Shown here in pieces: positions 49,043-56,598 of a stretch of DNA of 64,000 nucleotides. The notes beneath the pieces are model-generated. The model was not told the origin of the DNA, searched no databases, and was given only the letters and a program-made list of their open reading frames with translations. Source of the DNA: a virus (lineage: Duplodnaviria > Caudoviricetes); IMG/VR virus record IMGVR_UViG_3300011678_000001, positions 128,001 to 192,000 of that record; one strand, 5' to 3'. The first letter of the stretch is position 1, and each line of letters begins with the position of its first letter. A program made the translations under genes and the position numbers.

Positions 49043-49780
49043 GGGGAGGCCCTGTGGCAGCCCTGTCAGATGCACCGACGGGAAGATGCGACAGGGAACG
49101 GGTTAGATGGACCCTCTACCGGGCCTCCCCTGTTCTGGACGTTGTGGGCGGGAACCGAAACCCGCTCTTCTGCGAAAGAGTCTTCACCGGCATGCGACCG
49201 GCTAGCTTAGGTGCATTGCCCTTGCCTTCTTTAACAGCGTTCATGCGTAAACTACCACAACGAACTGGGTTGGAAACCCTGCAACCACACCAACGGCTGC
49301 GATCTCGCTGCCCACCTATTAGGCTGCACGTAGCTGCCCAGGGACTGGTCGTTGGCTGCAAGGTTTCCAATTGGGAGGAGGGACTGTGCGTCAAGCGGAC
49401 TTGGGGAGGAGTCGTCCCTTCCACGCTGGCTGCTGAAGACCATTGTGAAAACCACTCTTTACACGCAGTCCCTCCAAAGGGATGGAGGGGTTGAGACGCA
49501 GGTGATGGCACCTGGGGGAGGGTTCCATGCCGAGCTGCTGAAGGCTCTGCAAACCACCACCCTAACCTCAACCCCTCCAAAAGGACGGGAGAGCTGCCTG
49601 ACTGGCCGAAGGGGACCAATCCAGCACCAGCCACCGGAAAGCCGTGAAGAAAACCGGGTGGCAACTCTCCCTAAACTGTTTAAGCCAATCGTCAGAACGG
49701 CGGTCACCTCTTCAGCGTACATATCCTGCACACTGCTGACGATCGGAGTGCTTCGAGAGCACCCAATGGTAGGGTGCTCT
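49043..49780 (-). ncRNA. Array of seven tandem, individually closed structured RNA domains plus a 5' hairpin
   Basis: Terminal stems at 49043-49130, 49140-49262, 49270-49370, 49377-49475, 49483-49579, 49587-49671, 49685-49746, with 6-13 nt linkers; G-U wobble pattern indicates the minus strand; no credible CDS. Confidence 0.75.
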
Positions 49781-49799
49781 GTCGCATAGATTACACCTT

Positions 49800-49813
49800 G
49801 GTGTAATTATTTA
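49800..49813 (-). promoter_or_regulatory. Candidate promoter for the RNA array
   Basis: TAAATAATTACACC identical to 4128-4141; followed by TATG at ~49785-49788. Confidence 0.5.
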
Positions 49814-50266
49814 CGATTCTTCAGCGGTCTCGATGTGAGCCTCGTAGTATTCCACCAGTTGACGGTAGGTGTAGCGATCCAGCACGCCTTCTTTGATGGT
49901 GGCCAGTGTACGGTCACGACGGACCCCATCGCCGAACATCAGCGATTCCAACGTGTCACAAACCGTGAAAGAGCGGAACCGGCCTTCGCCGCAGTTGACG
50001 TAGATCAGGCCCTTGTCTTTGTGTTCTTCCACAAAGTCGAAGATCTGTTTGGCGATCTCTTGGTTCATCGCATACTGCTTCTGATCCTCGGTGATGTGGT
50101 CACCGGGGAAGAACTCCACCCGCAGCAAAGGGCGCTTGTCTTTGTTCGGAATCGCAGCGCCGTCACTGTAGCGGTCACTGATCGAGATCAGAGGGGCGTC
50201 GTGCGGGATCTTCTGGACGGCTTGTTTGCTGATGTTGGTCAGACGCAGGGTGGTCGAAGTGCTCAT
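49811..50266 (-). CDS. CX5R (PTP/dual-specificity-type) phosphatase
   Basis: LISISD, IYVNCGEGRFRS catalytic loop. Confidence 0.75.
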   Translation of the reverse strand: MSTSTTLRLTNISKQAVQKIPHDAPLISISDRYSDGAAIPNKDKRPLLRVEFFPGDHITEDQKQYAMNQEIAKQIFDFVEEHKDKGLIYVNCGEGRFRSFTVCDTLESLMFGDGVRRDRTLATIKEGVLDRYTYRQLVEYYEAHIETAEES

Positions 50267-50433
50267 TTACTGGCTACCTTAGAGGTGAGGGGGCGTTGTT
50301 GACGAATCTTGGCACACTTGACATGACTGTAGCGTTTATCACAGCGGCGATGACCACAGATGTCGCACAAGGCGGTTTGCGGGCGACCAAAACCACTGCT
50401 GTTAAAACCACGGGCCATACTGACATGTTCTCC

Positions 50434-50901
50434 TTAGATGTGGTTATAAACCGTGATGTTGTCAGATTCAAGGCCGAACGTTACGCGCAGCTCGGCGTTT
50501 CTGGGCGTGTTGAATGTGAGCGATCGCATGGCAAGAAAGGAGAAATCCTTCAGCTGTAGGGTAATCGTCTTGTCTTGCAACCGGATGTCGTGCGAGGCAT
50601 AGACAATCTCAGGATGAGCTATATTCGGATAGAGGCGATGGCTATGGTTTACCGAACAGAGCACAACGGTGCGGTCACCTACACGAGGAATGGTCTCATC
50701 GACCCCGAGTTGTTTCTCAACGCCTGAATTGGCCGCGAGCTCCAGTGCACGAGTGACAATCTGATTGTTGACGAAGATATCTGCTGCGATCTGGATGTGG
50801 TGGCGGGCAGTATCCACATCGACTGCATCGAAAACGGAGAAGGTCGTACCAGCATCCGGATTCTCTACGTGCTCGACATTATAGATTTTCATGAAGCACA
50901 T
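50434..50901 (-). CDS. Hypothetical protein
   Basis: ORF in operon. Confidence 0.55.
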   Translation of the reverse strand: MCFMKIYNVEHVENPDAGTTFSVFDAVDVDTARHHIQIAADIFVNNQIVTRALELAANSGVEKQLGVDETIPRVGDRTVVLCSVNHSHRLYPNIAHPEIVYASHDIRLQDKTITLQLKDFSFLAMRSLTFNTPRNAELRVTFGLESDNITVYNHI

Positions 50902-50903
50902 GA

Positions 50904-51350
50904 CTACTTCTCTCCTAAGCAGGCAATGAATGAGGCTTCAACAAACGGCAACATCGACAGGTAGACGTAGCGAATGTCGTTGTCCCAATCTAAACCGCCG
51001 TTACCACATCCCATGGGCGGGAGGGCAATGGTCTTGAACTTGTCGGGATGGCGGTTAACCAGATTCACCAGCTTGTTAAAGTTGTGGATCACCAAGTCGC
51101 GAGGAGAGGGGTCTCGCCAATCGAGCTTGGTTGGCACTAAGAGGTATTTCACACCGCCGTGCTGATACAGAATGAACTGCGTCGGGTCAAGACCCTGATA
51201 CATCTTCTTGTAGTGCTTGTACAGTCCTGGGATGGTGTCCCGTGCAGTCTTGGCAACGCCGGCCCCCATTGCCCCGCGCATGTTGGTGGTCACGATTTTG
51301 GTGTCAGCCTCAACGCTGAACAGGTCTTGTGCCAGCTGAGTATATGACAT
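50904..51350 (-). CDS. Macrodomain ADP-ribose hydrolase (DarG/TARG1-like)
   Basis: DLF...NMRGAMGAGVAK, PTKLDWRDPS, IALPPMGCGNGGLDW; start MSYTQL at 51350. Confidence 0.85.
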   Translation of the reverse strand: MSYTQLAQDLFSVEADTKIVTTNMRGAMGAGVAKTARDTIPGLYKHYKKMYQGLDPTQFILYQHGGVKYLLVPTKLDWRDPSPRDLVIHNFNKLVNLVNRHPDKFKTIALPPMGCGNGGLDWDNDIRYVYLSMLPFVEASFIACLGEK

Positions 51351-51831
51351 TGTCAATCGCCTTGATAAACTCTGCAACGAACAGGGCGCGCAGACTGTCC
51401 TTAGTGCAAGGGATGCGAATCGTCCAGACAAAGGTCGGGGTACGCTTCTTACCCGGATAGCGGTGACGCACAGACATCGACACCTGTCGAGCCCAGATGG
51501 CCGTCTCAGGGTTTTCCATGAACTCTTCAACCAACTGGACATAGACGTCCGAGAAGGCAGCGAGGCCTGGTTCTGTCACCAAGGCGGCGACATAGAGGAA
51601 TGTCTTATCGGTACCCGGATGACAGCAACAGCAATCGGTGGTGGCAATGCCTGGAATGCTGTTCAGTCGATCGATGATGGGGCGCATGGCCCGATCAAGT
51701 TTGGGGTAACCGGCAGCCACGAACTCCTGGTTAGCTTCGAGCTGGCGCTGGAACAGGAGCGGATCAGAAATGAAATGGGTCGGCACGCAGAAAGGCTCCT
51801 TATGAGAAAGCATATTGAAGTGATTGATCAA
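51310..51831 (-). CDS. Hypothetical protein, TYW3-like N-terminal motif
   Basis: LDRAMRPIIDRLNSIPGIATTDCCCCH resembles TYW3 D..I..L...IN......TTSSC.GR. Confidence 0.5.
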   Translation of the reverse strand: MINHFNMLSHKEPFCVPTHFISDPLLFQRQLEANQEFVAAGYPKLDRAMRPIIDRLNSIPGIATTDCCCCHPGTDKTFLYVAALVTEPGLAAFSDVYVQLVEEFMENPETAIWARQVSMSVRHRYPGKKRTPTFVWTIRIPCTKDSLRALFVAEFIKAIDNVIYSAGTRPVQR

Positions 51832-51888
51832 ATTGATAATGTAGCGTCTGCGGCAAGTCGGATAGAAAGGAGGGGATAACCCCTCCTC

Positions 51889-52383
51889 TTATCTTTTCTT
51901 ACCCGTGGCGCTGTTGACCAGGTCATTGACCTCTGTGTCTTCTTTGGAGGACACGACATCGCAGCGTTTGAGAATGGCCTCCGCCCGGTCCCGTGGAAAC
52001 TTCAAGAAGGTCTGGAAGTCTATCCCGGTGTACTTCAGCACATTAGTGACCATGTACCTGTCCAAGTACACGTCAAAGGGGTCGACCGCACACAAGTCTT
52101 CTGCCTCGTGCATGGCCACAAGGGCATAGTTCGATGAGCCTCGGCTGCTGGTTTCGTATATGCCGAAGTATTCATCGTAACACTCTGTCGCCACGATCTG
52201 AGCGGCAATGCTGTCAAGCGTCTTTTCAGAGGTTGACAGCACTTCGTCCAGGACCGTGGGTTCGTCCTTGTTGTCCAGCTTGGCAATCCCAAACGAGCGA
52301 TCACCTACATGGTGCCCCATTGACAGTGTTAAACTGCCACGCCTTCTACTTGGCTGATCTTCAACGCGGCTAGGGTAAAAAAA
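51889..52383 (-). CDS. Tail assembly chaperone GT-like extension (probably reached by -1 frameshift; internal ATG at 52320 lacks an SD)
   Basis: Open in the -1 frame across a T8 run; VLKYTGIDFQTFLKFPRDRAEAIL resembles GT/T4 gp51-type C-terminal motif. Confidence 0.6.
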   Translation of the reverse strand, partial: FFYPSRVEDQPSRRRGSLTLSMGHHVGDRSFGIAKLDNKDEPTVLDEVLSTSEKTLDSIAAQIVATECYDEYFGIYETSSRGSSNYALVAMHEAEDLCAVDPFDVYLDRYMVTNVLKYTGIDFQTFLKFPRDRAEAILKRCDVVSSKEDTEVNDLVNSATGKKR

Positions 52384-53936
52384 ACGTAGCCTATGTCGAC
52401 AGGGATCAGGAACGGATGAGTGGAGTCTTCCGCTTCGCCTTGGCACGACGGGCACTTGACCTTCGGCAGGGCAATGTAAGACACAGTCGACTTCTTAATC
52501 CAGTCAAGGATCTCGGTGGTCAACTTGTGACTTACAGCGGGGTCTTCACTCAACACTTCCAGGATGCGATCCTTGGCTTCGAAGTCCTCATGGATCTGAG
52601 GTGCGGAGTCCGGATCGATGCTGTGTTCGAAGGCAGCTACCCAGTGACTGTACTGACGCAGGTTGGAAATGGCACCCGAGCGCATGATGTGGCGCACCCG
52701 ATCCATTTCCGATAGACGCGCACCGAAGGCTTCGTTGGTGGCTTTGGCAATACCGTCCACCCACAGGTGGCCTGCATTGATCTGTTCAGCCAGCGACGGT
52801 ACACGCAAGACGGCGGTTAAGCCATTGCCGACCGAGAGACGCTTTTCGAAGAAGGTGAATTCCTTCTGGTACTCAGCCAACCAGGCCGCATCACGCTTGG
52901 TGCTACGCGAAGCCATCATCAGGGCTTGCTTGTCGGTGACCTTATCGCGGTCCACGAAGCTCATCCTGGCGAAGTTAAGCAGCACTTCATCGATGTGGTT
53001 GCACTTCTCAGGATCAGCCACGCACGGTTGACGCAGCGGGTAGCCGTCTGGGTACATGGCGCACACCAAGCCCCACAGCACTTGCTGGTAATCACGGGAA
53101 CGGATCACTTCCATCAGCTCGTCAACGGTCTCGCCGGTTTCGAACTTGTAGTTGACCGCCACCATGTGTTCCAGTGCAAACCGCACGTAGGTCTCAACGG
53201 TGTACACCTCGATGCTGGAGAACGCCATGCCGTTGGCTGAGCGACCCAGGTTCATCTTTTCCAAGCGGATGCGCTGTTCGAAGTCGAGCAGGGCTTGAAC
53301 CGCCGGGGCACGGAAGGTGATCCACAGACCGGTGTTCCACAAAGGCACCTGGACCATCGAGCCTTGGCCGAAGGAAGCACGGATCGCCATGACCGGGTCC
53401 TTCATGTTGGCCGGCTTGACTTTACCGGCCCCCAGACGCGTTTCGTTGTGCGTCACGTACTGGCCCCAGTTACCTTCCTTATCGATGTCATCGAAGTACA
53501 GGTTCTGGAAGATGCCCGACATGCTGCGCGACAGGTTGACCAGGCGCTTTTCTTCCTTGGTCAGCTTCTCGGCGCGCTCATCGCTGATGTCATGCAGACC
53601 ACGGGCTTCGAGCAATGAGTAGACCTCATCAGCCCCGACCTTCAATGCAGCGAGGAACGGCTTGAGAGGGTCGTGCTTCTGACGCCGCATCAGCGGGTTG
53701 TCAACCGTGACGTGAGGGTTCTCGTTGTTGAGTTGGTCCCACATGCCATCAGGCTCAGGGATCTCGGACTTCTCATCCGTCTGAGGGGTACCTGCATCAG
53801 CAGCGTGTTCAGTGGCGGCTTCGAATGCAGCTGCCGTGGATTGGCCATCCACATCGAGTACCATCGTCTCTGTCAGATCGACGTCAACGGTGTCCATGCC
53901 ATCGTCAGTGGGGTTGTTGTTCAGTTCGTCCGTCAT
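52329..53936 (-). CDS. Putative tail assembly chaperone / T4 gp26-like protein (phiKZ gp77-like)
   Basis: 535 aa; PLWNTGLWITF, MYPDGYP, CPSC zinc motif, ends ...GYVFF at a slippery site. Confidence 0.65.
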   Translation of the reverse strand: MTDELNNNPTDDGMDTVDVDLTETMVLDVDGQSTAAAFEAATEHAADAGTPQTDEKSEIPEPDGMWDQLNNENPHVTVDNPLMRRQKHDPLKPFLAALKVGADEVYSLLEARGLHDISDERAEKLTKEEKRLVNLSRSMSGIFQNLYFDDIDKEGNWGQYVTHNETRLGAGKVKPANMKDPVMAIRASFGQGSMVQVPLWNTGLWITFRAPAVQALLDFEQRIRLEKMNLGRSANGMAFSSIEVYTVETYVRFALEHMVAVNYKFETGETVDELMEVIRSRDYQQVLWGLVCAMYPDGYPLRQPCVADPEKCNHIDEVLLNFARMSFVDRDKVTDKQALMMASRSTKRDAAWLAEYQKEFTFFEKRLSVGNGLTAVLRVPSLAEQINAGHLWVDGIAKATNEAFGARLSEMDRVRHIMRSGAISNLRQYSHWVAAFEHSIDPDSAPQIHEDFEAKDRILEVLSEDPAVSHKLTTEILDWIKKSTVSYIALPKVKCPSCQGEAEDSTHPFLIPVDIGYVFFTLAALKISQVEGVAV

Positions 53937-53947
53937 GATGCAACCTT

Positions 53948-54343
53948 TTAATTAGCGGCAGCTATTTTTTCTAAGCTGGCAGCATCCGCCGCCAACAGTT
54001 CAATCAACTCACCGACCATGGGGCTCAGCGCAGCTGTAGCATCGTCGATGAAATTAACGTATTCACCACCGGCCTGGAGCATCTCCGGATGATGAGGATG
54101 GGCCAGGACCTTACCTGAAAGCGCACGATGGTGCTCACCAATGCGGTCCAGACGCGACTTGAATTCCACCAGGTCACGCTTGATGTAGGAGGCAAGTTGT
54201 ATGCAACGGGCGCGCTTATCAGCGTCGGTCCAGCGGTGCATGGCCATGTCGCGAGTGGATTCTGCGAAACGGTATAGAAGATTCCGTGATTCTTGCTGAA
54301 GCTGGTCAAGACTCTGTCGAGGAGTCATACGGGAACTGGACAT
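53948..54343 (-). CDS. Conserved helical hypothetical protein
   Basis: ORF; synteny. Confidence 0.55.
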   Translation of the reverse strand: MSSSRMTPRQSLDQLQQESRNLLYRFAESTRDMAMHRWTDADKRARCIQLASYIKRDLVEFKSRLDRIGEHHRALSGKVLAHPHHPEMLQAGGEYVNFIDDATAALSPMVGELIELLAADAASLEKIAAAN

Positions 54344-54439
54344 GAACTGCAACCCTAGTGAAATGGAAAATGGACTGGCCAATAATTTGTACTTTACTCA
54401 TATTAGGTCGGGTAAACTTTTTTTATTAAGGATCGAACA

Positions 54440-55273
54440 ATGTTTGAAGAACTCTCCGATATCCTCAAAGGTAGGGTAGACCCGGCCGTATGGACTGGTA
54501 TCAACGCAATCGCTGTCGCACTGGAAAAGCACAATGCTAACCAGTGGCAGGAACGCATCATTGTCCTGCGCATGGATGCTAACAACCACGACATGGCCAG
54601 TGCCGTGGAAAAGGCGCAACACATTATCTACGATCAAGTCCGGGCTTTGCTGCAACAAATGCAGATCACCTTGGAACTTGACACCCTGGACATGGATCGG
54701 CTGGCATTGATCCTAGAAGCGCTGGTCTTTGCACCCAGCGACATGGACGATGAAATGCTGGCAGCTATCAAAGCCGGCGAAGACACCATCGAGACCTTCA
54801 CCGATGTGTTGGCGATCTACCTGAACGTCATCCCGGAAGAACTCATGGAATACATCATCGATGTGTCCAACCAGACCTTGTTGGCCATCCAGGAGAAGCT
54901 CGAGCAAAACCTCAGCTACCATGTATCGGCTGTCGAAGGTGTGGCTGAGACTGTGCGGTTACTGAACCGTCATCAGCAGCTGATGGGTGTGACGTTGTCG
55001 GTGGGCATGGAATCATTGAACAGCGGTACAGAACCGGGTGCTGACATGACCACCATGGTCCAGTCGGTGAAAGAACGCTTAAGCAGCGCAGAACCCGAAG
55101 CCTTGGTCGACGAACTGCTGTCCTTGGCCATCTTGGCTAAGACCCCATACGATGCCCTGGAAGATGAAGTCATGCACTTTGTCGAAGGCATCCAACACGA
55201 CCCCTTTATGGTGCAACGTGCGTATAAACGAGTCCGTTCAAGGATCGGTGCGTTGTCGGAGAACCCTGTATGA
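54440..55273 (+). CDS. Virion protein (phiKZ gp79-like)
   Basis: Acidic 277 aa, ATGA-coupled to the RNAP subunit. Confidence 0.6.
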   Translation: MFEELSDILKGRVDPAVWTGINAIAVALEKHNANQWQERIIVLRMDANNHDMASAVEKAQHIIYDQVRALLQQMQITLELDTLDMDRLALILEALVFAPSDMDDEMLAAIKAGEDTIETFTDVLAIYLNVIPEELMEYIIDVSNQTLLAIQEKLEQNLSYHVSAVEGVAETVRLLNRHQQLMGVTLSVGMESLNSGTEPGADMTTMVQSVKERLSSAEPEALVDELLSLAILAKTPYDALEDEVMHFVEGIQHDPFMVQRAYKRVRSRIGALSENPV

Positions 55274-56586
55274 AGAAGCAAGATTTCTACATCCAAGCCC
55301 TGCTAGACGGTGCTTACCGTCGCAAGGAGTGGGTCATCAGTGCCTTCTCTGTCGTCAGGCAGGTGGAGACTACCTTGATCACCAAAGCGCCGTTGCCGTT
55401 CAGCATTCGGTACGGGCGGGATGTGACCGAAGTGTACGTCCCAACGTCGGAAGGTTCTGCTTGGGTCAGCATCAGCGACAGCCCGCCCATGAAGCAGTTG
55501 TTCTTCCCAGGTGATCCATTGACGGTGACCCCTGAGATGATCCCTAACTGCAAAGCCCCTGTGGAATCGACTTACGGCGATATGCTGTTTAACTACATTG
55601 CGTTGGTTGAACCCTTTGGCCATCGGATCGAGTATCAGGTTGGTCCGGTGAACATTCGGAAGATCGAACGGATCATCGCCAGTAAGCTGGTGGACGATTC
55701 TGAAGTCGCAGGGCGAATCCCGGCAGACGATGAGATCCCGGTCAATATGTACATGCGCTTTGGGCGGTGCATGGGAGCCTTGGCAGGCTTTACGCAGATC
55801 TTTGTACCGACGTTGAGCCCTAAGGCGCTGACCACTGACCCACGGGTTCGGGAGAAACGAGCCGAGCTGCTGGAGAAGAACAAAGAACGTCTGCATGACC
55901 CGGTCGTGGTTGCAGGGATTCAGAACGAGCTGATTGCGATCGACAAAGAGTGGATCAAAGACGATCCGTCTGAAGGCTTCCTCATCTCCAACAAGACCTT
56001 CGGTACAGCGCGCAAGCGGATGTTCCTCATTCACGGACCTGAAGCCGGGTTCAATGAAGGCGGTAACGCAGAGCTCGTGGTCAACAGCCTGAACGAGGGT
56101 TGGGACACCGATAAGCTCGTGGCCATGTTCAACTCCACGCGGGCCGGTTCCTTCTATCGTGGTGCGTTGACAGCACTGGGTGGGGAAGCGGTGAAGTTCT
56201 TCATGCGGGTGTTCCAGAACACGGCAGTCAGTGAAGAGGACTGTGGGACGACCTTGGGTGTGGTGCGGACCGTAGAACCGGGTCAAGGCGAGTACTACAT
56301 CGGCATGTGGGAAATGCTGCCGGACAAGAGCGTCAGGGTTGTGGATGCGGCGCGGGCTAAAGCGCTGGAAGGCAAGACATTCCTCAGCCGTTCACCCTCG
56401 TTCTGTAAGACTGGAGCGACCGATTTCTGTGAACGCTGTGTGGGTGAAGCCTTGGCAGCAATCCCGCATGCACTGGGCGCCGAGAACGTCTCGGTGGCAT
56501 CAAAGTTCATGGACATCATGATGGCCTCGGCTCACGCTAAAGAACTGAAGACGGCCAAACTCAACATCCTGGAAGCCTTTACTTAA
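55270..56586 (+). CDS. Virion RNA polymerase beta' C-terminal subunit (phiKZ gp80-like)
   Basis: NSLNEG, RAGS..RG..TALGG (bridge helix), EEDCGT, RSPSFCK...FCERCVG zinc site, trigger-loop-like MDIMMASAH. Confidence 0.88.
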   Translation: MKKQDFYIQALLDGAYRRKEWVISAFSVVRQVETTLITKAPLPFSIRYGRDVTEVYVPTSEGSAWVSISDSPPMKQLFFPGDPLTVTPEMIPNCKAPVESTYGDMLFNYIALVEPFGHRIEYQVGPVNIRKIERIIASKLVDDSEVAGRIPADDEIPVNMYMRFGRCMGALAGFTQIFVPTLSPKALTTDPRVREKRAELLEKNKERLHDPVVVAGIQNELIAIDKEWIKDDPSEGFLISNKTFGTARKRMFLIHGPEAGFNEGGNAELVVNSLNEGWDTDKLVAMFNSTRAGSFYRGALTALGGEAVKFFMRVFQNTAVSEEDCGTTLGVVRTVEPGQGEYYIGMWEMLPDKSVRVVDAARAKALEGKTFLSRSPSFCKTGATDFCERCVGEALAAIPHALGAENVSVASKFMDIMMASAHAKELKTAKLNILEAFT

Positions 56587-56598
56587 AAGGGTACACCC

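Noticed and set aside
49425-49455. Hammerhead ribozyme core CUGAAGA...GAAA on plus strand
   Set aside because: Stem II closing pair is missing, the paralogous unit lacks the core, and wobble pairs indicate the minus strand is the RNA
49043-49746. CRISPR array or Racr-type repeat mimic
   Set aside because: No recurring direct repeat; only a partial GGCAGCTA similarity to the I-F repeat, without its hairpin context
49018-49789. Several overlapping ORFs (67-182 aa) on both strands
   Set aside because: Pro/Ser/Gly/Arg-rich products typical of GC-rich inverted repeats; no RBS or codon pattern like neighbouring genes
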